Positions 1 through 9,232 are shown, counted from the stretch's first letter. The stretch is DNA of 32,000 bases from Seinonella peptonophila (GCF_900129355.1 NZ_FQVL01000008.1:99155-131154), one strand, 5' to 3'. The notes: generated by a model from the sequence alone, not told the origin. A program made the numbers and translations.

Positions 1-184
1 ATAACGGGATTATTATGAGTATAGGTATACTTAAACTGAGTGATTCGTTATCAATTCCTTCAAAAGTATCCCTCGTCAATAATCTCCCAATATCTGGCTT
101 ATAGTAACGAGTCTGCAAATAGTAGAGACCAATTTCCTTATCATAACGATAACCTGCATAGTGATAAGGATTTTCTACTTCAGT
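1..184 (-). pseudogene. RHS/YD-repeat 'repeat-associated core' fragment; orphan or decayed, continues past the left edge
   Basis: The minus-strand frame reads TEVENPYHYAGYRYDKEIGLYYLQTRYYKPDIGRLLTRDTFEGIDNESLSL. This matches the canonical RHS core motif NPYRYxGxxYDxETGLYYxxARYYDPxxGRFxxxD. An in-frame TAA lies at 185-187 directly upstream and there is no start codon. The expected continuation (..YTYxHNNPV) appears as KYTYTHNNPV in a different frame over nt 1-35, implying a frameshift. Confidence 0.7.
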
Positions 185-347
185 TTACGATATATGGATT
201 CTATTCTCCATCAACTATATTTCGTTCTGAAAATATGTCTATTCTCCTCATCATACAGCCATCACTTAATCCTACTGAGAATGATGTGTTTCATTAAATC
301 AGAGAGTCTCCCTTTTATTAGCGCTAATTTCTTATCCCACAAACATC

Positions 348-382
348 AACCAGGCACTCTCCGTGATGGAGAGCGCCTGGTT
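348..382. terminator. 15-bp stem hairpin between the ABC gene stop and the RHS fragment
   Basis: aaccaggcactctcc / ggagagcgcctggtt pair with one mismatch around a 5-nt loop. The hairpin is T-rich on the + side (ggtttcttctatt) and lies 13 nt downstream of the minus-strand ABC stop at 395. Confidence 0.6.
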
Positions 383-394
383 GGTTTCTTCTAT

Positions 395-2341
395 TCAGTT
401 TCCCCGATATCTCCGCTCCCTTTTAAAGTATCTTGCTACTGAAGGTGGGCCGATCCTTGGGTGGCCCGTGACCTGGTTATAAGTTGTATAAGCCCTAGCC
501 TTTTCTATGGTCTCAAAATAATCCAGACCGTCGTCTGTGAGTACATAGGAGCTTGCGCTCTTCAAATCCTGGAGGGCGTTGTGAGACACGATGATAAGGA
601 TCCCGCCATTTTCCTTCATCTTATAATGAAGGTACTCAATCATCGGTCTCGCTTGCGCGGTGTCAATTTGGGAAAACGCCTCGTCCATGAACAGGACGAT
701 ACGCATCCTAGCTCGGTTTGCAAATAGGAGGTAGCAAACTTGCTGGGCTATTTGCACCCGCTTGCGCTCTCCTCCTGAGAGCTCGTTCGGATAGGCATTC
801 TCCTTTCCACAAAGCCCCGTTACATAAAGGGCTTCCTCTATAATCTCACTCTTCTCTTCTTCGGTTATCGTGGCATGCTTGAGCGTATCGGATAGCTTCT
901 CCGACACAGTCGCCCAAACTGTGTCAGAATCTTGCCCGACAAATCGGAATCTCTTTCTCCATTCTAGAAGAGATATCTGGTGAGCTGAAACCTCTCCTTT
1001 AAACAGACATCCGTACATATTCGAGATAGATTGATTTTTCGATATTTTGACGATCGCTCCCGCTTTCCGCGTCATAACAATGAGCTGACCGCAAACCTGC
1101 GATTCATCGGAAAGGGTTACAATATCGCTGTAGTCGTCAACAGGGTAAAGTTCTATCTGTCGCCTCATGATTTTAATCAGTTGTGACTTACCGACTCCCG
1201 ATGGTCCGGAGATGAAGTACGTTTTACCGCACAAGAAGATAGCATTCAGCCCATACTGAAAAAGTACCCTTCCAGTGGAGAATTCGATCCAGAGCCCGGC
1301 AATCCGGAAGCCATGGAAATCCTCTATTTTTTCCTCTCCTCCTGTACGAGTTGGCAGATTGAGGAATTCCGAAAGCTCCCTCATCGCACTGCTCTTTTCC
1401 ATTACTTTCAAACACCCATCGGCAGCCCCATAGATGCTCATGCATGAAGTCACGGCGAAATTGTTAAGGATGAATAGCTGGGCGATGTAAAGGTGATCCA
1501 CGAAGATTGCATAGGTCAGAACCAACAAGATAGTCATACCCGACCCTGCAAACCGCGGAAGACCAGACAGCACCCACTTTTTCCACAGTAGGCGCCTTGC
1601 CATTTGAGACGGCCCTAGAGCCGACTCCTGGATGGCATTAATCTTTTCCAATGTCGTTTCGTTAGCTCTTATGTCCTCCAAATTATCAACCAGTTCTTTC
1701 AGCTCACCAACTGCTTTCCTGGTGAGCTGGCTTACCTCCTTTCCAATCGTCTTTGCTTGCCTGGATGAAAAAGGGAAAAATGCGAGGGTAAAACCTCCTC
1801 CAATCATTACAGAGGCAACCGCGTACTCCCATCCGCATGCAACCGCTAGGGCCACATTGAAGATGACGAAAAACAACATCTCGCTGATTACTTTAGGCAT
1901 TTCCTGACCAAAGGTCGTTGAAATCTCCTCGACGACCCGTTCAGGTGAACTTCTTCTTTTCTTGAAACCCTTCAAGTCCTCAATCTCCACATCAGGGAGG
2001 TGATTCAGAACCTTTCTCATGGTGTACGCAAAAACCTCTTTTTCCACCATTTCCTGAAACAACAAGGACAATCGGGTGGTCATCGGCGAGATGGCAAAGA
2101 TCGCCGTCATTGCAACGACAATCATCCAGCCAAATGCTGTGTTCTCTTGATTACCTTCCAGTTGGCGAAGCACAACCATCTGGAGGACAGCAAAGACAAC
2201 AGCCATGACCGTCGCCGCCAAAAAGAGTGCGTACGACAGGCGCGACGAACGCCAGAGGATTGAGATCATCACCCTGAGTCCATGACGGACATCAGGGTCG
2301 ACCTCGGTGAGTCTGCACCGAGTTTTCAACCAATAAAACAC
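395..2341 (-). CDS. ABC transporter, fused permease plus ATPase (exporter type) with an atypical nucleotide-binding domain
   Basis: 648-aa ORF with a GTG start preceded by aggaggaaaggaag. The N-terminal half is hydrophobic with multiple TM segments. It carries Walker A GPSGVGKS, Q-loop VGQDS, signature LSGGERKR, Walker B VLFMDEAFSQID and H-loop VSHN. Confidence 0.85.
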   Translation of the reverse strand: MFYWLKTRCRLTEVDPDVRHGLRVMISILWRSSRLSYALFLAATVMAVVFAVLQMVVLRQLEGNQENTAFGWMIVVAMTAIFAISPMTTRLSLLFQEMVEKEVFAYTMRKVLNHLPDVEIEDLKGFKKRRSSPERVVEEISTTFGQEMPKVISEMLFFVIFNVALAVACGWEYAVASVMIGGGFTLAFFPFSSRQAKTIGKEVSQLTRKAVGELKELVDNLEDIRANETTLEKINAIQESALGPSQMARRLLWKKWVLSGLPRFAGSGMTILLVLTYAIFVDHLYIAQLFILNNFAVTSCMSIYGAADGCLKVMEKSSAMRELSEFLNLPTRTGGEEKIEDFHGFRIAGLWIEFSTGRVLFQYGLNAIFLCGKTYFISGPSGVGKSQLIKIMRRQIELYPVDDYSDIVTLSDESQVCGQLIVMTRKAGAIVKISKNQSISNMYGCLFKGEVSAHQISLLEWRKRFRFVGQDSDTVWATVSEKLSDTLKHATITEEEKSEIIEEALYVTGLCGKENAYPNELSGGERKRVQIAQQVCYLLFANRARMRIVLFMDEAFSQIDTAQARPMIEYLHYKMKENGGILIIVSHNALQDLKSASSYVLTDDGLDYFETIEKARAYTTYNQVTGHPRIGPPSVARYFKRERRYRGN

Positions 2342-2702
2342 GAAACTTCCTTTCCTCCTAACCCCTTAGGAGCTCTTATACATAAGTGGCACACATTGTG
2401 TTAGGTGGTATTAGGCACATTGTTCGATCTGTGCCTGATTATCTTCTAGATTTATCTACTTATCAGCATTGTAACATTATTCAAGCAGCTCCAAGGAGGA
2501 AGTACGAGGTTACAAAATAATCGTATTCATATAAAAATTATAAAAATAACACCCTTGGGAGCTGCAAACGAATTTTTTTGTGTGCAGGTGGGCTTTTTAC
2601 ACATCTCCATATGCAAAATCCCTCCGTAAGATTTCATAGTATCTCCTAGGGAGGGATCATATCCATTTTCAAAGCTTCTATCATAACACCCGTGACTCTT
2701 AA

Positions 2703-3050
2703 TCAAGAGACGATTTGATCATGTACAGACATAATTTTTTGCTTAACAAATTTAATTTGCTCTACATCTATCTCATACAATTCCAATGTTGCAAACAGAT
2801 GGTTTGCAACTGTTTGGTATTGCTCAGTAGTCACATCTAAATGATTGTGTGAATTTTTTATTCCTTCTTTACCTTTTTTATAAGGAGCACCCATTGAATA
2901 ATACACAATTCGTCTAAACTGACCAACGTCATCTCCCTTAAACAGATAATTTACACTTTCATCTGATTTAATTCGTTGATAATATTCTTCTACTATCTTA
3001 TTCATAAGTTCTGTGCCTACTAATTGTTCATATAAAGATGATTTTTCCAT
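2703..3050 (-). CDS. Truncated haemoglobin (trHb, group I-like)
   Basis: 115 aa. SLYEQLVGTELMNKIVEEYYQRI aligns with the trHb start (SIYDKIGG..VVEDFYxRV, B10 Tyr). IKNSHNHLDVTTEQYQTVANHLFATL aligns with the proximal-His F-helix region (MKxxHxxxxITxxHFxxVxxHLxxAL). RBS aggaggatgatt precedes the ATG. Confidence 0.7.
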   Translation of the reverse strand: MEKSSLYEQLVGTELMNKIVEEYYQRIKSDESVNYLFKGDDVGQFRRIVYYSMGAPYKKGKEGIKNSHNHLDVTTEQYQTVANHLFATLELYEIDVEQIKFVKQKIMSVHDQIVS

Positions 3051-3731
3051 TTAATCATCCTCCTATTTGCTAAAACGTTGTTGAATTGGGGACATTTTTC
3101 CTATGTTAGCAACCTTTGCTCTACCTGTGATAACAGATTCATTGTTTAAGTGCTAAAAGCTAATAATTATATTAATAATAAAATATATAATTCCAATTTA
3201 CAATAAAATATCTACATTATAAAAAATGAATTTATATATTTTATACAACCCAAAGATATGTCCTAGGTGCATTTCATAAGTCTACAAATAGAAATATGCA
3301 ACCTTTTCTATATTATACGAATGATTTATATTATGAAGAGGGTTAATATAGATATATACCTCAAACTAAAAAAACTCTATTTACTAAATGGAGAATAATG
3401 AGACATTTGGATAGAAGAAGGACAAATAGCAGAGCCAATCGTTCATTACGGGGAAAAATGCTCCTTACCCCGCATTTTACTAGGCGCTACAGCATCTGTG
3501 TAGTGAAGAATAGACAGTAGCATTGTTTGCACACGCCGTGCACAAGTTCGCTAAGCAGCTAACGCTGCAAGTCTAACTATGATGCGCTTAGCGGAGTTGA
3601 TACCGCCCTGAGCCAATAGATGCAGTGTATTGAAGACATCTGTGAAGCGTGAAATATTGACGGAACCATTATCTTTGTCTACAAGCTGGAATATAGAGAT
3701 ATTTATTAAACATTCAAAGGAGCTTTGTTGA

Positions 3732-4043
3732 TTGAACGAAAAAGAATTACAAATAAAGCTAAACAATAGTTATAGAAATGGTTTGATTGAATATGGAATT
3801 ACTTTTTCATATCTTACTGCTGTGATAACAGCTAACTATATGAAAAATGATTACTTCTACCTTTTTGCCAGTCTCACTTTGTTATGTGTTTTAAGCATCC
3901 TGAAACGTCTTTGGGGAGAATTACCTGACCTTGAAGGAACAAAATTTGATCACTATATTGCGAAACCATTCTTTCTCATTTGTATGATCGCAATATTATA
4001 TAGAGATGATATCCTTGCATTCTTTAGTCGTTTTGGTCATTAA
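3732..4043 (+). CDS. Hypothetical small membrane protein (about 3 TM segments)
   Basis: 103-aa ORF with a TTG start 9 nt after a strong RBS aaaggag (3716-3722). It has hydrophobic segments. No family recognised. Confidence 0.4.
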   Translation: MNEKELQIKLNNSYRNGLIEYGITFSYLTAVITANYMKNDYFYLFASLTLLCVLSILKRLWGELPDLEGTKFDHYIAKPFFLICMIAILYRDDILAFFSRFGH

Positions 4044-4462
4044 TGTTACACCACAGTTAAGCGAGTTATATGAATGTTTTCAATGAACATTAAAGAATAA
4101 CCCTAAATAAATAGTAGAGAACCCCCCGCATTAGTTCAACTGTGCCTAGGTTATAAAACTGTGATCTTGTGATATACATACACAATGAATAGATGCATTC
4201 TTCGAATTGAAGAGAACCCTAATGACACACATCATGGCAATCCCGGGTTGGAGCGTCGCCGACAGAGCCGATTACATAACTTTGTTCACAAGCTGAAGAA
4301 TGAATAGATTCATTCTTGTTGTAATACGACTGATCACTTAGAGGACAAACATGTCTTCACTAACAAGACCATGGCTTAGCACAAATTACTTGATTCTCTC
4401 TACTTCAATTGCCCCACTTTCTGATACAATCAAAGCAATTGAGCTTAGGAAGTGAATGAGAT

Positions 4463-5638
4463 ATGGTACATTTTCAACAAGCAGATCGAATGAAGCAGTT
4501 ACCAGCGCAATTTTTTGCTAGGCTTGTGCAACGGGTTAATCATTATCTAGAGCAGGGGATTGATGTGATTAATCTGGGACAAGGAAATCCTGATTTACCT
4601 ACGCCAGATCATATTGTAGCTTCTTTGCAAGAGGCAGCGGGCGATCCACAATATCATAAGTACCCGCCTTTTCGAGGGTTTTCATTTTTAAAAGAAGCAA
4701 TCGCAACTTATTACCAAAGAGAATATCAAGTAACACTTGATCCTGAAACAGAAGTAGCAGTTCTATTTGGGGGTAAGACGGGGCTAGTGGAAATTTCCCA
4801 GGCAATATTAAACCCTGGCGATCTGGCATTGGTACCCGATCCTGGCTATCCTGATTACTGGTCTGGTATTGCCATCGCCGATGGAAAGATGGAGATGATG
4901 CCGCTACTCGAAGAAAATCAATTTCTCCCTGATTACCAACAGATCGATCAAGCAAGTCTAGATCAAGCAAAGCTGATTTTTTTAAACTATCCAAACAATC
5001 CAACAGGCAGCATTGCAACACCTACATTTTTTAGCGATACGGTACAATTGGCGCAGAAACACGATCTGCTCGTCGTACATGATTTTGCTTATGGAGCGAT
5101 CGGCTTTGATCAGCAAAAGCCAATCTCTTTTCTACAGACAGCAGGTGCAAAAGAGGTTGGAATCGAAATCTTTACGATGAGTAAAACCTATAACATGGCG
5201 GGCTGGCGCATTGGCTTTGCACTTGGCAATCGCTCTGTAATTGAGTCGATCAATCTGCTGCAAGACCATTTTTATGTCAGTCTATTCGGCGCGATCCAAC
5301 ATGCTGCTGCCACGGCTTTACTTGGATCGCAAGCTTGTGTGGAACAATTGGTCACTACTTATGAACAGCGCAGAAACACCTTTATGAATGGCTTACGTTC
5401 GATTGGCTGGAATGCCAAGGCTCCGAAAGGTTCTTTTTTCTGTTGGCTACCTGTACCTGAAGGCTATCGATCAGAAGCGTTTGCTGAAGCACTGCTGGAG
5501 CAAGCGCATGTTGCGGTGGCTCCAGGTATTGGCTTTGGTAAGACCGGTGACTCCTATGTGCGTGTAGGGCTGTTAACAGATGAGCATCGATTAATGGAAG
5601 CAGTTGAACGAATCAAATCTGGTACATTTTTCAATTGA
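4463..5638 (+). CDS. mtnE: Methionine-salvage (KMTB) transaminase, class I/II PLP aminotransferase
   Basis: 391 aa. The N-terminus LPAQFFARLVQRVNHYLEQGIDVINLGQGNPDLPTPDHIV closely parallels B. subtilis MtnE/YkrV as I recall it. The PLP-lysine region is SKTYNMAGWRIG. It sits directly upstream of mtnWXBD. Confidence 0.88.
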   Translation: MVHFQQADRMKQLPAQFFARLVQRVNHYLEQGIDVINLGQGNPDLPTPDHIVASLQEAAGDPQYHKYPPFRGFSFLKEAIATYYQREYQVTLDPETEVAVLFGGKTGLVEISQAILNPGDLALVPDPGYPDYWSGIAIADGKMEMMPLLEENQFLPDYQQIDQASLDQAKLIFLNYPNNPTGSIATPTFFSDTVQLAQKHDLLVVHDFAYGAIGFDQQKPISFLQTAGAKEVGIEIFTMSKTYNMAGWRIGFALGNRSVIESINLLQDHFYVSLFGAIQHAAATALLGSQACVEQLVTTYEQRRNTFMNGLRSIGWNAKAPKGSFFCWLPVPEGYRSEAFAEALLEQAHVAVAPGIGFGKTGDSYVRVGLLTDEHRLMEAVERIKSGTFFN

Positions 5639-5689
5639 CAAACCGATTCACTTCAGCCATAATTCCTACTAAATCAATATAAATTGTAT

Positions 5690-5812
5690 TTCTCTTATCA
5701 AGAGTAGGTGGAGGGACAAGCCCAATGAAACCCGGCAACCGGTTTAGCTGTATGGTAGAAAACACGGTGCTAATTCTTGCAGTCATGACAGGCTGAAAGA
5801 TGAGAGGAAGCG
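5690..5812 (+). promoter_or_regulatory. SAM-I (S-box) riboswitch aptamer
   Basis: ttctcttatcaagagtaggtggagggacaagcccaatgaaacccggcaacc ... ggtgctaattcttgcag ... gaaagatgagaggaag matches the conserved S-box blocks (cttatcaagag-ggtggagggac-ggcccgatgaaacccggcaacc; ggtgctaattc; gaaagatgagag). Confidence 0.92.
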
Positions 5813-5821
5813 GATCGTGAT

Positions 5822-5850
5822 AAACCTCTTCCTCTGGTGGAGGTTTTTTG
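5822..5850 (+). terminator. S-box expression-platform terminator
   Basis: aaacctc ttcctctggtg gaggtttttt. The upstream agaggaag (5803-5810) can alternatively pair with cttcctct (5829-5836) as an anti-terminator. Confidence 0.8.
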
Positions 5851-5872
5851 ATGTTAAAAGGAGTGCGAACTG

Positions 5873-7108
5873 GTGAGTAAAGTTATAGCGACCTATTTGG
5901 TCTATGATCAAAAGAAAAATCTTGCGAAAAAAGCAGAAAGTATAGCACTAGGTTTAACTGTCGGTTCTTGGACAGACTTACCTGCGATTGATCAACAACA
6001 ATTACGCTTATATAAGGGTGAAGTCGTCTCCATCGAAGAGTTACCCATTGATCAGCAAGCTGACACATACTTTGATCGGGAACTAATCAAAGGTTTGATC
6101 AAAATCGCTTATCCTACACGTAATTTCTCTGCTGACTTACCTGCGATCCTTACCACTGTATTTGGTAAGTTATCGCTTGATGGTGAAGTAAAGCTAATCG
6201 ATCTAGACTTCCCTGTAGAACTGGCAAAGCAATTCCCTGGACCGAAACTTGGGGTTAACGGTGTACGTGAAAGACTACAGGTATTTGACCGCCCGTTATT
6301 AATGAGTATTTTCAAAAGTATCATCGGACGAGACCTTGTATTCTTTGAAACACAACTTCGTGCCCAAGCCTTGGGCGGTGTTGATCTTGTGAAAGATGAT
6401 GAAATTTTGTTCGATAATACACTTACTCCTTTTGAGGAACGCATTCGCGTAGCACGTGCAGTATTGAATGAAACAGAACAACAAACAGGCGAACGCACCT
6501 TATATGCTGTGAATCTGACTGGACATACTTTTGAACTATTAGACAAGGCAAAAAAAGCGGTCGAACTTGGTGCAGATGCTCTCTTATTCAACGTTTTTAC
6601 TTATGGACTTGATGTTTTACAAGCGCTAAGTGAAGATCCAGAAATCAATATACCCATCTTGGCCCATCCAGCCTTTGGTGGTGCAGTAACATCATCCACT
6701 TTTTACGGCGTTTCTCATTCCCTTTGGTTTGGTCGTTTCCTTCGTGCTGTTGGTGCTGATCTTGTTCTCTTTCCTTCTCCTTATGGAAGTGTCGCGCTTG
6801 CCAAAGAGGCAGCTTTAGGAATTGCAAAGGAGCTAACGCAAGACTCCGCTAGTTGGAAGACTGCTTTCCCTGTACCATCGGCAGGCATTCATCCCGCGCT
6901 CGTCCCTCAACTGCTAGCAGACTTTCAACTTGATTCTGTAATCAATGCAGGCGGCGGTATTCATGGACATGAGCAAGGAGCAGCAGCAGGCGGACGTGCC
7001 TTTCGACAGGCAATCACTGCTGCGCAAGCAAACATTCCATTATCCCAAGCGGCAAAAGAACATCCTGAACTCGCTACAGCGCTCAGACAATGGGGTGGGC
7101 AAAAATGA
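5873..7108 (+). CDS. mtnW: 2,3-diketo-5-methylthiopentyl-1-phosphate enolase (RuBisCO-like protein)
   Basis: 411 aa with a GTG start after aaaggag. [19 protein letters not shown] and the RuBisCO large-subunit-like core ([10 protein letters not shown]) are present, as is the conserved mtnW-X-B-D order. Confidence 0.92.
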   Translation: MSKVIATYLVYDQKKNLAKKAESIALGLTVGSWTDLPAIDQQQLRLYKGEVVSIEELPIDQQADTYFDRELIKGLIKIAYPTRNFSADLPAILTTVFGKLSLDGEVKLIDLDFPVELAKQFPGPKLGVNGVRERLQVFDRPLLMSIFKSIIGRDLVFFETQLRAQALGGVDLVKDDEILFDNTLTPFEERIRVARAVLNETEQQTGERTLYAVNLTGHTFELLDKAKKAVELGADALLFNVFTYGLDVLQALSEDPEINIPILAHPAFGGAVTSSTFYGVSHSLWFGRFLRAVGADLVLFPSPYGSVALAKEAALGIAKELTQDSASWKTAFPVPSAGIHPALVPQLLADFQLDSVINAGGGIHGHEQGAAAGGRAFRQAITAAQANIPLSQAAKEHPELATALRQWGGQK

Positions 7109-7767
7109 GCAAACAACTCCTGATCTTTTGCGATTTTGATGGTACAGTCACCGATACAGACAACATCATTGAGGTGATGAAACACTTTGCGCCACCAGAA
7201 TGGGAACCGATCAAAGATGCCATCCTGTCTGAACAAATCTCGATTAAAAATGGTGTTGGGCAGATGTTTCAGTTGCTCTCAAGCAATTTAAAAGAAGAGA
7301 TTGTCCAATTTGTCCAAGAAAATGCCCACATCCGTCCAGGTTTTGCAGAATTGGTTCAATATGTCAATGAGGAACAAATCCCTTTCTACATCGTGAGTGG
7401 TGGAGTCGACTTTTTTGTTTATCCGGTACTGAAAAATTTCATTTCAACAGCTTCCATTTTCTGCAATGAAGGTGACTTCTCTGGTGAACGGATTCAAATT
7501 AATTGGCCTTATCCTTGTGATGATCAATGTCAGAATGATTGTGGCTGTTGTAAACCATCACTTTTCCGCCGTTTTCCCAGTGATCAATACGAAAAAATCA
7601 TGATTGGCGACTCGATTACTGATTTTGAAGCAAGCAAACAAGCTGATCATGTCTATGCACGCGATTTTCTACAGCAAAAATGTGAAGAACTACAAATTCC
7701 TTATACACCATTTACTACTTTTTATGATATTCTTGCTGACTTGCAAGAAAGGAAGATCACAACATGA
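7105..7767 (+). CDS. mtnX: 2-hydroxy-3-keto-5-methylthiopentenyl-1-phosphate phosphatase (HAD family)
   Basis: [16 protein letters not shown] carries the HAD DxDGT motif, and CGCCKPS plus IGDSITD match MtnX. I prefer the ATG at 7105, which overlaps the mtnW TGA (ATGA), over the ORF-track start at 7090. Confidence 0.9.
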   Translation: MSKQLLIFCDFDGTVTDTDNIIEVMKHFAPPEWEPIKDAILSEQISIKNGVGQMFQLLSSNLKEEIVQFVQENAHIRPGFAELVQYVNEEQIPFYIVSGGVDFFVYPVLKNFISTASIFCNEGDFSGERIQINWPYPCDDQCQNDCGCCKPSLFRRFPSDQYEKIMIGDSITDFEASKQADHVYARDFLQQKCEELQIPYTPFTTFYDILADLQERKITT

Positions 7768-8375
7768 TTCTCATTGAAAATTATTGGGATCAACTTGCTG
7801 ATGTAAAAGATGAACTGGCCTCTAGAGGCTGGTTTCCTGGTACTAGTGGAAATCTCTCTATTAAAGTAGATGAAAATCCACGCCGTTTCCTCGTTACAGC
7901 AAGTGGAATCGACAAAACCAAACGTACAGAGGAAGATTTTATATTGGTCGATCAACAGGGGCAGCCTGTTTATCAAACGGAGCTGCGCGTATCTGCTGAA
8001 ACAAGTCTACACTGCCAGGTCTATGAACAAACGGATGCAGGTTGCTGTCTTCATATTCACACCGTTGATAATAATGTCATCTCTGAACTGTATGCAGAGC
8101 AAGGATATATCACTTTTCGCAATCAGGAACTGATTAAAGCATTTGGAATCTGGGATCAAGATGGTGAAATTACTCTACCAATCATAGAAAATCATGCTAA
8201 TATGGAATTATTAACTCAAGCTTTTGCCCAAGCGATCAGCGCTGAGAGCTATGGCGTCTTAATCCGCAATCATGGGATTACCGTTTGGGGTAAAGATGCA
8301 TTTACGGCTAAAAAACATCTTGAAGCATTTGAATTCTTATGCTCATATGAACTAAAACTTAGACAATTTGCATAA
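7764..8375 (+). CDS. mtnB: Methylthioribulose-1-phosphate dehydratase (class II aldolase/adducin fold)
   Basis: 203 aa. WFPGTSGNLSIKV, PSAETSLH, CCLHIHTVDNNVISE and LIRNHGITVWGK parallel B. subtilis MtnB. It has an ATGA overlap with mtnX. Confidence 0.9.
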   Translation: MILIENYWDQLADVKDELASRGWFPGTSGNLSIKVDENPRRFLVTASGIDKTKRTEEDFILVDQQGQPVYQTELRVSAETSLHCQVYEQTDAGCCLHIHTVDNNVISELYAEQGYITFRNQELIKAFGIWDQDGEITLPIIENHANMELLTQAFAQAISAESYGVLIRNHGITVWGKDAFTAKKHLEAFEFLCSYELKLRQFA

Positions 8376-8395
8376 AAAATAAAGGAGGAATTAAG

Positions 8396-8920
8396 GTGGC
8401 ACAATTACGTTTTCATGATACAGAGGAAAGAGTGGAAAATCAGGCGGAAGTGAGCGCATACTTAGAAAGCCAAGGGGTTATTTATGAAAAATGGGATATT
8501 ACAAAACTACCTGCCCACTTACGGGATAACTATCAATTAAATGAACAAGAACAAGCGGAAGTAATCCAAACCTTCAGAAGTGAAATTGATGATTTATCTG
8601 CACGTCGTGGCTATGTAACAGAAGATGTGATTTCCCTCTCGCCACAAACACCTAATCTAGATCAGCTACTCACCAACTTCCTAGCAGAACATCACCATTC
8701 TGATGATGAAGTCCGTTTTATCGTGAGTGGACATGGCATCTTTGCCATCCAAGGACCAAATGGTCGCTTTGCAGATGTAGAATTAGAAGCGGGTGATTTA
8801 ATTTCTGTACCTGAGGGTTACCGTCATTACTTTACGCTGATGGATGATCGCCAGGTCGTTGCGATTCGTATATTTAAAGGTAAAGAGGGCTGGGTACCCA
8901 TCTACGATAAAGAATCATAA
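8396..8920 (+). CDS. mtnD: Acireductone dioxygenase (cupin)
   Basis: 174 aa with a GTG start after aaaggagg. EHHHSDDEVRFIVSGHGIF and LISVPEGYRHYFTL are the ARD metal-binding cupin motifs. Confidence 0.92.
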   Translation: MAQLRFHDTEERVENQAEVSAYLESQGVIYEKWDITKLPAHLRDNYQLNEQEQAEVIQTFRSEIDDLSARRGYVTEDVISLSPQTPNLDQLLTNFLAEHHHSDDEVRFIVSGHGIFAIQGPNGRFADVELEAGDLISVPEGYRHYFTLMDDRQVVAIRIFKGKEGWVPIYDKES

Positions 8921-9084
8921 GCGCCTGCCTCGGTAGAGAAATGTAAAAGACTTTGCAGAAAATTGTTTTTGCTATACTAAATCAGATAAGGGACGCACTG
9001 CGTCCCTGTCAACGCCTTTAGAATAGAGACGTGAAGACTACAATGGATGTTTCGCCAAAACAGTTGCCATGTAGTCGGTGGTAA

Positions 9085-9116
9085 AAGCGGTTGCTAATGA
9101 AGCAGCCGTTTTTAAT
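9085..9116 (+). terminator. Candidate rho-independent terminator downstream of the mtn operon
   Basis: aagcggttgc taatgaa gcagccgtt forms a stem with two G-U pairs, followed by tttttaatt. Confidence 0.5.
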
Positions 9117-9232
9117 TATTCCATCCATACTCTCAGAAGAGTAGAGTCGGTACACCGAATTTAATCAATCATAAATCGGCATTGATCCGTAAGCGACTCC
9201 TTCTACTGGGCGAAAGCTATCTTAAAAGCCCT

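Noticed and set aside
40-442. ORF-track plus-strand ORFs at 40..297 and 161..442.
   Set aside because: They have low-complexity, unconvincing sequence and no RBS. They overlap the much better-supported RHS motif on the opposite strand and run across a terminator hairpin.
3551-3620. tmRNA-like tag: the minus-strand frame ends ...VRLAALAA* followed by a hairpin, reminiscent of an ssrA tag reading frame (..ALAA stop).
   Set aside because: No tRNA-like 5' end (GGGG..UUCGAC) and no 3' T-arm/ACCA end (GGUUCGA..CCACCA) exists anywhere nearby on either strand. There is no smpB context either. This is most likely coincidence or at best a fragment.
4296-4317. Possible ARG box (ArgR/AhrC) or Fur-like box, because of TGAAT..ATTCA arms.
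   Set aside because: The spacing is wrong: 2 nt between TGAAT and ATTCA rather than the 4 of ARG boxes. It also does not fit the 7-1-7 Fur/PerR/Zur pattern. It is kept only as an unknown-regulator palindrome.
461-7236. Antisense or out-of-frame ORFs inside well-supported genes (for example 461..727, 1224..1445, 1632..1907, 2000..2263, 4599..5021, 5883..6068, 6109..6591, 6961..7236, and similar ones later in the window).
   Set aside because: They are fully embedded in strongly supported CDSs and have biased, repetitive composition typical of shadow ORFs. None has independent signals.
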